This document shows, piece by piece, positions 9,952 to 19,482 of a stretch of 64,000 bases of DNA; within the stretch, counting starts at the first letter, position 1; each line of letters starts with the position of its first letter. A program made the position numbers and the translations under genes. The DNA comes from a virus: the IMG/VR virus record IMGVR_UViG_3300010399_000038, positions 7,741-71,740 of that record, one strand, 5' to 3'. Under the pieces are notes generated by a model. The model saw only the letters and a list, made by a program, of their open reading frames with translations. It did no database searches and was not told the DNA's origin.

Positions 9952-10464
9952 TTAAAAAAAGTTAGCCTGATTTTGTTGCATAAATGTTGCTCTATTCAAA
10001 CAATTTTGAGAGGCATTTATATCAGCCCCAATTTCTACTGCGTTAATTGCTCCAATAATATTCATCCAATAAGTTGCGATATTTGAAAAATAATTTGTGT
10101 CCTGTATAATACTCGGTGTCAGGGCTTGATTTTGGATTAAATAGTAAAAGAATTGCTTGTTGAATTGTGGCAGGCAAAAGACTTGAGTAAGTGATTCCAC
10201 CACTACATTTGAAACATTCAGCCAATCAACACGAATACTTAATGCTTGGTCTGTTGTCAAAATACTCCATGTGTCGGAAGAATCTGCCAATGCCCATTGT
10301 TCATAATCAGTTGTAGTTCCTGATTCAACTAAAAACTCCCCACTTGTTGTCTGAAAATATACACGGCGTTGTGTTATTGTCCCCGTTATTGACGTTGAAG
10401 TGTCCGCAACCGTAACGGCTTCGGGTGAAATAGCAGACTGGCTAACCGTAAAGGCTGGTGTCAT
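9952..10464 (-). CDS. Putative virion/tail protein
   Basis: Beta-rich N-terminus; first gene after a promoter. Confidence 0.6.
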   Translation of the reverse strand: MTPAFTVSQSAISPEAVTVADTSTSITGTITQRRVYFQTTSGEFLVESGTTTDYEQWALADSSDTWSILTTDQALSIRVDWLNVSNVVVESLTQVFCLPQFNKQFFYYLIQNQALTPSIIQDTNYFSNIATYWMNIIGAINAVEIGADINASQNCLNRATFMQQNQANFF

Positions 10465-10484
10465 TTTGGATGTTGGGCGTTTAT

Positions 10485-10517
10485 CAAAATTAGATAATAA
10501 TTCTGTTTATATTCAAA
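10485..10517 (-). promoter_or_regulatory. Bacteroidota housekeeping-type promoter
   Basis: Minus strand TTTG (10517-10514), 21-nt spacer, TAATTTTG (10492-10485). Confidence 0.6.
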
Positions 10518-10524
10518 GTTATTT

Positions 10525-13500
10525 TTATTGGTCGTTTTCAATGGGGTTTTCGTCTTTTATTCCTTGCTTAAATTCATTGAATAATTCATCAAATTCCTGT
10601 TGGTTTTCTGTCTTTCCTTTTGGTAAAAATTGGGGGTAATCTGAATAGAATTTCCTTAATCCTAACAGCCTTCCATAGTCGTATAAATAGTCAAGTACCC
10701 TCTTTTTAGCTTCATCGTCTTTTAATTGGCTGTACCTTTTACCAAACCCGTCAATGATTGCCATGTCATTGATATATGGCTCTACCAATCGTTTTCTTTC
10801 CTGACCTACATACTCTTGGAGTCTTTCGGATTCTTTGGTATTAAGTTTCTGCCCATTTAGCGTCGGGGAAATAGCAGGGGGTAAAAATCCTGCATCATTG
10901 GTTCTTAGGAAATCGTCATAGAGTGGCCTTGCAAATAATTGTGGATCGGCTTTAGATATACCAAACATTCTGGATAATATATTGCCTCCCTTTGGTTGTT
11001 TTTCCCCCCATAAGTTTCTCTTGTACTTTATCTGGACATCAAATAATTTTCTATACAATACTGACCTTTGAGCAAAGTTCTGATTGACGGTATCTAAAAA
11101 AGTATCTCCTTTTGATGTAGGTACTTCATCAAGTGCTGCTCTATTAAGTTGTGCAAGTGATGCAGGTTGAATAATATTTGTAAATAGATTTGTAGTGTTA
11201 GTAAAGTATCTATTCAAATCTCCTTTGCCAAACCAATATTGAAGCAATGATGAACTGTTGCCAAATACTCCGTTCTCTAATTCCTGCAATCCTTGTTTTT
11301 CCATACCACCCAATACCACATTCCAAAACTCATCCATGTTTTCTCTTTGTTCGGGAGTTAAATCTTGGTGTTGCTTTGCTATTTGATTTGCTAACATTCC
11401 GAATTGCCCTAACCATCGGTTTGAAACTTTCAGGTTTCCTATCTGCATCGTTCCCTGCTTATCAAAATAATTTACGGCTTCTCTTTCTTTCTTTGGGTCA
11501 TCATCATCTAAACTTGGAGTGAACAATCCTTGTTGAACAAGTGCAATAACTGCGGCTCTTGTACCCATTCCCACAATAGCGTGGGCAAGCCAATACCTTG
11601 CTTCCCTTAGTTGAAGTTTGGATTTATTGACATCCCCTTTTTTTGAGGCAATACCCGACCTTGCACCATGAACCGTTGCTTGGAGTATTGCTATCTCTGG
11701 ATTAAGAAGATTATACATACTCCAAAAGGCATTGGATGGAATTTTTATGTAAGGTGAAATCGTTAATGTTTTTGCAAGTGCTGCTGCTCCGGTATCTTTC
11801 CCACCAAACAGTTTTCCGAATGCTGCCGATATTACATCGTTGAGTAAATTATCTTGCTGAAAGGTTGAACGCTGTCCCTCTTTCTCCATTACTTGTTTTA
11901 TGTAATCTGCTTTTTGTCCTGCAACTGCATCACCCAATCCTTGTGCTTTATATGCACGATAGGCTTCCTCTCTTGGAAATTCCATGAACAGTTTTTTGTC
12001 CATTTCTTTTAGCCCAAGTGATTTTGCAAACGCTGCACCTTGCGCCCCACCTGCCGCAAATCGTTGTGGCTTGTCACCAATGTTAAGCATCCTTGCTACT
12101 GCTTCGGCAGGAATACCAACCGTCCCTTGCAGCATCTTATCTATCTTCTGCCTCTTAGTTAATTTTTTCTCCCCCTTGAATGATGCCCATAGTTCACGCA
12201 AAGCCTTGAATGGGCGTATCTGTTCAGAATAAAGTTCTTTTTGAGTATAGTCGCTTCTGTTTAATCCCGTTAGTAATTGCTCTGCGGCTTCTTTGCCACC
12301 TACACCAACCATTTCCCAAAAATCTTTTTGGGTTTCAAATGTATTATACTCTTGTTCGTAGTTCTTATCAATTAGTTTTATACCTCTATCCGCTAAATCA
12401 TTTATGACTCCAACCGGAAATCTTACACCTGCTTGGTTCATAATGTTGTAAACCGGGTTATTGATTAACGAAACTATCCCAAGTGTGTTTAACTGCATGA
12501 TACCCGTAATCCTTCTTATAATGTCAGGCTTATTAAAGAACATATCGTTTAACACCCGTGTTGCTTTTGCTGTTCTTACCTGTTCGTCCCTATATGCCTG
12601 AAACGCTGCGGGCGTTCTTTCTTCCCTTGCTCTGTTTGCTGCTTCTTCTAATTTATTTGTTTGGGCAACGAGTTCTTTCATTCGGTTGGCTTCTTCAACT
12701 GATAACTCAGTTCTTCCAACAACTCTTGCGATTATATTTTTAAAGTCCTCGAAATCCAATGCCCCATTTTCTATAAGTTTTTTATGGGCTTGCCTGATAA
12801 CATCGTCCTTTTGATCTTCGGTTAATCCTTTTAATTTTTTTCTGAACTTATCAAGCACCTTCGCTTTTAAATCTTCGTCTGAAATCTTTTCTTTGGGTAT
12901 TCTGTCTTTGAGTTTTTCTTCCCATTCTTTTCTGAATTTTTCTTTGTCCCACGGAGCAGTACCCATTTTTTCAGAAATAAAATCAATAGCATCTTGGACA
13001 AGTTCGGCAACTTTTTCTCCTGCATGATACGCCTTTCTCATTCCTTCAATAGCGGCATCTATGAACGGCTTGGGAATTATGGTTGCGTACAAAGCATCTT
13101 TACCTTTTGCATCATCGAAAAACTTATCGGCTTTATCTTTCCTTGTTTTCCTTGCTTCGGCTCTTTCTTTTTTGAGTTCTGTTTTTACTTCCTCTTTAAA
13201 CAGTTTTTCAAATTCTGGTTCTTTAACAAGTTCATCAAAGAACTCTTTCCATGATTTATCTTTTGGTTTTGCCCACTCTTCAAAGTTTTGTTTTCTTTTT
13301 GCGTTCTCAATCATCACAACACCTAATGGAGATTTTTTATAGAAGTAATTTATAGCAGAACTAAACCTTCCCCCTTTTCTTCCTGCATTGTCATACATGA
13401 TACCAACTTCTGCAAACTGCTTTGCTGCTTCAAGTTTCTCTTGTGGCGTTTTTGCGCTTGCTTCTTTTTCTGCTAACCTATTTAATGATTCTGCATAGAT

Positions 13501-16500
13501 GAGTGAATTAACATCTCCATCAAACTTTTGCGCCTCTGCCAAGTTTACGGCTTCATCAATACCCAATTCATCAATTACCGATTTTGCTACCTGATGGGCT
13601 TCTTCCTGACTTGCTGTTTTATACTCAAGTCCTTCTTTTTTGAAACCCTCTCTTGCTGATTCAGGAATATTTTCGGCAGTGTACAAATGATTCAGAACAC
13701 CCTTCTTTTGCCCACCTTCGTTTTCTTTTCCTGATGCCTCTACTGTGGGCGGTTCTTTCGGGGGTTCTGCTCCTTGATTTTCAACTTGTTCTGCGCTTTT
13801 TGAAGGTTCAGTAGCTCCCTTTTTTGTTGATGGCTCTTGGACTGAGGGGATTGATTCAGGGCTTTCAGAAGATTCTTTGGTAATGGTTTCATTGGTTATT
13901 TGTTTTGGGGGAACGGCTTCTGTTGGTTTAATTAATTTATCAAAAATAGTTTTGGCTAAAAAAACTGCATCTGTTTTATCTGGTAAGTCTTTGGCAATAT
14001 TGTTAAGAGACTTTTTAATTAAATCCTCTGTTGATATTCCGAGTTCTTGTGCTTTTTTATTGGCAGCACTTAACATCGTTAATGATTCAACACTTGGTTC
14101 TTTACTTTTTGAAAATTCAAGCAATGGAAGTTTTAATGAACGAGCAATATCCTGAACGTTTTCTGCTTCTTCAATTAAACGAACTTTTGACGCTAAGTTG
14201 GATATTTCGGCTGCATCATACAATCCGTTCTTATCAAATCCGATTCCGAAAAATTCATTTTGTTGCGCTTCGGTCAAAGATTCTTCCATTTCCTTCATCA
14301 CTCTATCCGCTTCCTTTGCATCTTCCCTGCTTGAAGTTGGGCTATTTGAAATTCGTCTTGCTTCCTTGTACTTCCTTGCGCCTTCTTCACCAAAATACTC
14401 CTTCTCAAGATTCTTACCATACTCCATTACCGTGTTGCTATACTCATATAGTTCATCGCTGCTTAATTCATTTATTGGTTTACTTGGTTTTGGAAACTTA
14501 CTCACTCCTTCTCTTTCAGATACAGTAGATGGGGATTTAATTTCAGATTCGATAACGTTGGTAAATTCTTTTTCCATTGCGTCCCAATCGCCTCGACCAG
14601 ATATACTACGGTCATACTCTTGTTCCCTTCTGTACTTATCAACGGCGGCTAATAAATTCTCGTTACCATTTTCTTTTGCATAAGATTCTACTTGTTCAAC
14701 CAAATCCCCGAATGAACCAATATCACCATTATCATACTTATCATATAAGTCTTTTAACGAAGATGGTTTTTCTTCTGACGTAACTTCGGTTTTATTTTCA
14801 TCACTTAATTGTTTTAAATAAGCGGCCTTATCTTTTGGGATAGCCCCCTTAGTTCCATCTTCAAATTCAACTTTCACCATTGAATCTCCAATACTTTTAC
14901 CGATAGTCTTAATCTTCTTTTCAGGTCTTTGTTGGTCTGCTGGTAAAATATCTCCAACTTCCCATCCTGATACAGTAGATGTCTTGGATGGGTCGGTTAC
15001 TTTTTCTTCCGTTTTGATTTCTGTTTTTTGCGAGGACGGAATATCTTGAATCGTGGCTTGTTGGTCATTTAGTTTGGATTTTTCTTTTTCAAAATCTTCT
15101 TTTGCTCTTTTCTTTTTTTCATTGAGTTCTTTTAATTTGATGCGGTTTTCTTCTGACTCCCTTCCATCTGTTTTTTCTATTTGTGCATCAATTTTTTCAA
15201 GTTCTAATTTATGGTCAACCTCTAACCTTTCCAGTTCTATTTTTGCTTTCTTTTGTTCTTCGATTTCTTTTTGTTTGGATTCGGGAACAATTTCTTCCGA
15301 TGTGTTTCCTTTTAAAATTTGCTCCTTTACACTTTTTGCATCTTTGGCTTTTTGGATGTACTGTTCTTTTAAATTAGTGTCGGTTGTAGCTTCTGCTTTT
15401 TTCTTCCAAATGTTTTCAACTACTCCATGAAGAACGTATTTATCTTTTTGTTTTTCTGAAATGTTCAAATCTTTTACATCATTATTTATCCCTGCTGCTA
15501 CATCAAGATTTCTTATTGCCTCTGTTTTTTCAGGTGCGGATTGCGGGTCAAGTGCTATATCATCATGCATCTTCTCTTTAAAGTAGTCTCTATTCTGTGC
15601 TGCCTCTCTTAATGTTCTTGCTGTTGTTTTACTATATTTACCATATACTGCTGCTGCACTAAGGGGAGTTGCAGCTAATAAATTAACTTTAAAACTTTCT
15701 GTGGCTTCATGCGCTGCATCGTCAAAACTTACATCTCTTCCGCCAAAAGCTGCATCAACTCCATTATGAAATACATTAAATGCTCCTAATACCGTTGCTG
15801 TTTTTACATTGCCTTTTGCAAGGTCGGGTACATATTTCTTTAGAATATCTTCTCCAATTTTTAATGCGGTTGTTTTTGCTGTGGCTGCATCTAATTCTTT
15901 ATTAGAAAATTTATTTATTAGCCCACTTATCTCTTTTGAAAACTCGCTTTTAGCATTACCTAAAATATTTTTAGGAAGTAAATATTTTCCCGCAAATACA
16001 TCAAACCCTGTTGTTAATGCAGTATAACCCGCTTGCTTTAGTTTATTGTCAGGGAACATTCTTAATGCAGCATCTTCATTAATACCTCCAAACGTTAATG
16101 CGCTTGTCACTAATTCAGGAATCTTAGCTTCGCCGCCAAGTATCATTGGCACTACAAAACCAGTGAGATGCCCAGCCCCTTGAAACGCCTTACTTAAATC
16201 TCCTTTGGCTTCGACTGTTGGAGTTAAATATTCTCTGTTTATTATATCATCGGTTCTTGCTTTGGTATCAAATTGAATCGGGTTGGCTGGATTAAGATTT
16301 ACTATATCTTCTACGGAATGAGCCATGCTTCTTACTGTATTCTTATAGCTATCTTGAAGTGAGCCAAGATAATCTGTTGTTTGTATTGGCGCATCACTGG
16401 TAAACGCAGGAATGAATGTATTTCCGAATCCACGAAGTATTGATTTGCCAACTCCAACGTCAGGGCGAATTTCTTTTTGATATATTCCCAATTCTTTTTC

Positions 16501-17433
16501 ATCCAACTTCCCATCAGCCATCATATCTGACACCAACCGATCTAATCCTTCTTTACTTGGTATATCTACAAGTAACCCGCCTACTCCTTTATCTTCTCTA
16601 TATTGTCCTATTTTTTGAGATACTATTTTCTTTGCTAATGTTGGGTATTCATCAAATAACTTTTCATTCTTTTCAATCCATTTTTGTTTTAATTCAGGAT
16701 TTTGTTCGGCCATCTTAACCACATCTTCGTCATATAAAAAATCCATCATCTTTGAACCAACAACCGATTCTAATTTCTTTCTTGACACAAGTGGCTTTTG
16801 CAACATTCTCGCTGCATCTTTATCACCTTGTGATGCGGCGTACCTTAATGCAGCGTCTTCGGTTATACCATATCGTGTTACGGCTGCTTTTTTATTTCTA
16901 TCTTGTTGGTAAATATCAAATGCTTTCTTCTCTACGTTATCTTTTAATGATTCGCTAATGTCTCCCAAATCAAATTCATCAAGGGTTCTACTTGTAACAT
17001 CTTCTGGTTTTCTAAATGTTTCTTGTGTTATGTTAGTGGCAAGTTCTTTTTTAGGACGAAGTTTTGCTTGCTTCTCTACAAGTCTTGTAGTTAAATAATC
17101 TTTTGCTTCATCTGCTGTCTTAAATGGAAGTTCTCTTTTTTGCGTTTGGGCTTTTTGCAAATCAGCAAGCATTGATTCTTTTGATTCGCCATCTCCTGTT
17201 GCTAATGAAAAATCAATCCCCTGTTTTTTTTGTGATGGTAATTTTGATTGAGTAGGGGAATATTGCTTTCCAAATTCTGCGAAGGAGCCTAACGAAAAAC
17301 CACCATATTCTTTTTTTTTTTCAAGTCCGGGCAATTGTGGTTTACCTCCCATTCCCGGAAGTTTTGGCTTAGGCTTTGGATCACCAGTACCCTCATCAAT
17401 ATCTTGTTCTATATCTATAAATTCCTCTGCCAT
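10525..17433 (-). CDS. Very large internal (ejected) virion protein, polyvalent-like
   Basis: 2302 aa, helical and charged. Third of three genes after the tail stabiliser, the usual position of podovirus cargo proteins. Confidence 0.65.
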   Translation of the reverse strand: MAEEFIDIEQDIDEGTGDPKPKPKLPGMGGKPQLPGLEKKKEYGGFSLGSFAEFGKQYSPTQSKLPSQKKQGIDFSLATGDGESKESMLADLQKAQTQKRELPFKTADEAKDYLTTRLVEKQAKLRPKKELATNITQETFRKPEDVTSRTLDEFDLGDISESLKDNVEKKAFDIYQQDRNKKAAVTRYGITEDAALRYAASQGDKDAARMLQKPLVSRKKLESVVGSKMMDFLYDEDVVKMAEQNPELKQKWIEKNEKLFDEYPTLAKKIVSQKIGQYREDKGVGGLLVDIPSKEGLDRLVSDMMADGKLDEKELGIYQKEIRPDVGVGKSILRGFGNTFIPAFTSDAPIQTTDYLGSLQDSYKNTVRSMAHSVEDIVNLNPANPIQFDTKARTDDIINREYLTPTVEAKGDLSKAFQGAGHLTGFVVPMILGGEAKIPELVTSALTFGGINEDAALRMFPDNKLKQAGYTALTTGFDVFAGKYLLPKNILGNAKSEFSKEISGLINKFSNKELDAATAKTTALKIGEDILKKYVPDLAKGNVKTATVLGAFNVFHNGVDAAFGGRDVSFDDAAHEATESFKVNLLAATPLSAAAVYGKYSKTTARTLREAAQNRDYFKEKMHDDIALDPQSAPEKTEAIRNLDVAAGINNDVKDLNISEKQKDKYVLHGVVENIWKKKAEATTDTNLKEQYIQKAKDAKSVKEQILKGNTSEEIVPESKQKEIEEQKKAKIELERLEVDHKLELEKIDAQIEKTDGRESEENRIKLKELNEKKKRAKEDFEKEKSKLNDQQATIQDIPSSQKTEIKTEEKVTDPSKTSTVSGWEVGDILPADQQRPEKKIKTIGKSIGDSMVKVEFEDGTKGAIPKDKAAYLKQLSDENKTEVTSEEKPSSLKDLYDKYDNGDIGSFGDLVEQVESYAKENGNENLLAAVDKYRREQEYDRSISGRGDWDAMEKEFTNVIESEIKSPSTVSEREGVSKFPKPSKPINELSSDELYEYSNTVMEYGKNLEKEYFGEEGARKYKEARRISNSPTSSREDAKEADRVMKEMEESLTEAQQNEFFGIGFDKNGLYDAAEISNLASKVRLIEEAENVQDIARSLKLPLLEFSKSKEPSVESLTMLSAANKKAQELGISTEDLIKKSLNNIAKDLPDKTDAVFLAKTIFDKLIKPTEAVPPKQITNETITKESSESPESIPSVQEPSTKKGATEPSKSAEQVENQGAEPPKEPPTVEASGKENEGGQKKGVLNHLYTAENIPESAREGFKKEGLEYKTASQEEAHQVAKSVIDELGIDEAVNLAEAQKFDGDVNSLIYAESLNRLAEKEASAKTPQEKLEAAKQFAEVGIMYDNAGRKGGRFSSAINYFYKKSPLGVVMIENAKRKQNFEEWAKPKDKSWKEFFDELVKEPEFEKLFKEEVKTELKKERAEARKTRKDKADKFFDDAKGKDALYATIIPKPFIDAAIEGMRKAYHAGEKVAELVQDAIDFISEKMGTAPWDKEKFRKEWEEKLKDRIPKEKISDEDLKAKVLDKFRKKLKGLTEDQKDDVIRQAHKKLIENGALDFEDFKNIIARVVGRTELSVEEANRMKELVAQTNKLEEAANRAREERTPAAFQAYRDEQVRTAKATRVLNDMFFNKPDIIRRITGIMQLNTLGIVSLINNPVYNIMNQAGVRFPVGVINDLADRGIKLIDKNYEQEYNTFETQKDFWEMVGVGGKEAAEQLLTGLNRSDYTQKELYSEQIRPFKALRELWASFKGEKKLTKRQKIDKMLQGTVGIPAEAVARMLNIGDKPQRFAAGGAQGAAFAKSLGLKEMDKKLFMEFPREEAYRAYKAQGLGDAVAGQKADYIKQVMEKEGQRSTFQQDNLLNDVISAAFGKLFGGKDTGAAALAKTLTISPYIKIPSNAFWSMYNLLNPEIAILQATVHGARSGIASKKGDVNKSKLQLREARYWLAHAIVGMGTRAAVIALVQQGLFTPSLDDDDPKKEREAVNYFDKQGTMQIGNLKVSNRWLGQFGMLANQIAKQHQDLTPEQRENMDEFWNVVLGGMEKQGLQELENGVFGNSSSLLQYWFGKGDLNRYFTNTTNLFTNIIQPASLAQLNRAALDEVPTSKGDTFLDTVNQNFAQRSVLYRKLFDVQIKYKRNLWGEKQPKGGNILSRMFGISKADPQLFARPLYDDFLRTNDAGFLPPAISPTLNGQKLNTKESERLQEYVGQERKRLVEPYINDMAIIDGFGKRYSQLKDDEAKKRVLDYLYDYGRLLGLRKFYSDYPQFLPKGKTENQQEFDELFNEFKQGIKDENPIENDQ

Positions 17434-18813
17434 TTATTTTTGCTTTATTCCATACTTTTTAATATACGCTTCTTTTGATAACCCAACCGCTTTCGCTGCT
17501 TCTGTGATTTCCTGTTCTGTGTAATCGTGACTTTGATAGTTATACGTAATTCCCTGTGGCTTATTTCCACTTTGTTGATTCTTTGGCGTTCTTGTTCCAA
17601 CCGGGTTTTGCATTGTTTCTATGAATTTAACATCAATACCCGGATTATTTGTTTTTACATCTTGGATGAATTGTACGAATGGTTTTTGTACGGCTACTTT
17701 TTCTACAGGGTCAAAATATGTGAACACTTGTGTTTGTGGATTGTAAAGAACTTTATTTGAATATAAAGACGTTCCTTGTTTTGTTCTGTTTAATGCTACA
17801 CCTTTTAATGGTTGGGTAATGTCATACTGTCCATCGTCTGTTACTGTATAGCTGCTTAAATCAAATGGAGTGTTTGGCGAAACCCCTCTAAGGAATAATC
17901 CAAGTCTTATGTTTGATTGCTTGAATTTTTGAAGGTAATCTTGTTTTTCTTGCCACAATTCTACTTTCTGCGGTTTCCCTGTTACGGTTGGTTGTAATTC
18001 TTGGAATACTTTAGCTGCTGCATAGTCGGACATTGATTGCGGCTGCGTCCCAAACGCATTGAAAAAATCTTTTTCAAGTCGCCCCCTTGTAACAGGGTTA
18101 TTGAAGTCTTCCTGAACGGACATTGCAAACCCGTCATTGCTATCATACAGGTCATGCGCCCTTGCCGCTATTGTCTGCCTTGCGCCAATATCAAATTCTT
18201 CATCCACATATTTCATTCTATTAAACTTGTCGCCGGGGATATTTTCAAATCTCGCTGCGCCGGGAGTACGTTTTATATCTTTAAATAAATCTATTGTCTT
18301 TTTGGGGTCATACTTCACTTGGTTTTGAGACATGAATTTTGGAAGGTCGAGTTCGGAAAATTTCTCATCCCATATTGGAGTGTCTTCATGTTGAGTGTAT
18401 TCATTGAACCAATCTTCGGGGGTGTTTCTTCCAAGTTTTTGTCTTTCGAGTCTTATCTTATTAAATGTCTCTGCTCTTGCTGTTGCATTTTTACTTTTAC
18501 TTACTCCACCTAATGTATCACGAAACATTTTTTCATAGTTGTATGCTTCGGGAGTTCCGCCTTTTCTTATTTTATCTTTGTTGGCTTTGTAGTAAGTTTT
18601 CATGTCAATCACTTTCGCATCTAATCCCGGTCTATCAATATCCCTCACCCCTTGTTCATTCATCCTATTGATACGGTTCATTTCATAGGCATCTAAGGCT
18701 TCTTCTCTTGCTTGTTTTCTTTGCAAGTGTTGGGCATAAATATTGACACTTGGTTGAGAATTTAATTCAACTGCGCCAAAGGTGTAAAGATTGGATGGAT
18801 TGTGAACTGCCAT
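17434..18813 (-). CDS. Putative ejected virion protein
   Basis: Synteny and helical composition. Confidence 0.55.
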   Translation of the reverse strand: MAVHNPSNLYTFGAVELNSQPSVNIYAQHLQRKQAREEALDAYEMNRINRMNEQGVRDIDRPGLDAKVIDMKTYYKANKDKIRKGGTPEAYNYEKMFRDTLGGVSKSKNATARAETFNKIRLERQKLGRNTPEDWFNEYTQHEDTPIWDEKFSELDLPKFMSQNQVKYDPKKTIDLFKDIKRTPGAARFENIPGDKFNRMKYVDEEFDIGARQTIAARAHDLYDSNDGFAMSVQEDFNNPVTRGRLEKDFFNAFGTQPQSMSDYAAAKVFQELQPTVTGKPQKVELWQEKQDYLQKFKQSNIRLGLFLRGVSPNTPFDLSSYTVTDDGQYDITQPLKGVALNRTKQGTSLYSNKVLYNPQTQVFTYFDPVEKVAVQKPFVQFIQDVKTNNPGIDVKFIETMQNPVGTRTPKNQQSGNKPQGITYNYQSHDYTEQEITEAAKAVGLSKEAYIKKYGIKQK

Positions 18814-19469
18814 TACTTTCCGTAAATTTTATTTAGCATCCTTGTTTGGTCGTATGATTGTAAGCCACCCGCAACATTACCTATCCCTGCATTACCGACC
18901 TGATTACCGCCAGCCGCTTTCATCGCTAACAAATTATATTTTCTTTCAAATGGTTGTTGTTTGTTTATATCAAATTCCTTTGCCTCTTCGTTTGCTTTTA
19001 ATTGTGATGCCTGACCTACCCTTGATAAATCTTGACGACTTATATCTTCTGCCGTTGCGCCTGCTTTTAATAAAGCATCGCTATTCCGCTGAACTAAATC
19101 ATTTACTCCCGCAAGGGCTTGTCCTCTTGATTGTAATGTGCTAATTCCTGATGCCATAGTTCTATTCCCTAATTTTTCTTGCATCCTATATAAGTCTGTA
19201 TTATATGGATTGACGTTATACTTTGCCAATGACTTATTGTAATAATCAAGAATAGATTTGTTTTTAGTGTACGTTGGAGATTCTAATTTTTCTAAAGCCT
19301 TAGTTGCTTTGTGCTGTTGAATCCAACCGCCGATTGTTTGTGCGAGGCCAACCGCCGTTTGGCCGATAGCTCCCCACGGCGTTGATCCTGCGGCTGCTCC
19401 GCCAAGTCCACCACCAACCGGATTTTCACCTACGCCCATTTCAAGTTTTGGCAAAAAATCTATTCTCAT
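18813..19469 (-). CDS. Putative ejection/pilot protein
   Basis: Gly/Ala-rich hydrophobic termini with a Q/A-rich helical middle. Confidence 0.6.
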   Translation of the reverse strand: MRIDFLPKLEMGVGENPVGGGLGGAAAGSTPWGAIGQTAVGLAQTIGGWIQQHKATKALEKLESPTYTKNKSILDYYNKSLAKYNVNPYNTDLYRMQEKLGNRTMASGISTLQSRGQALAGVNDLVQRNSDALLKAGATAEDISRQDLSRVGQASQLKANEEAKEFDINKQQPFERKYNLLAMKAAGGNQVGNAGIGNVAGGLQSYDQTRMLNKIYGK

Positions 19470-19482
19470 ATTAATATTGGAT

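Noticed and set aside
13510-13530. KFDGD in the 2302-aa protein as a virion RNA polymerase DxDGD motif
   Set aside because: The first Asp is missing and no other polymerase motifs are recognisable.
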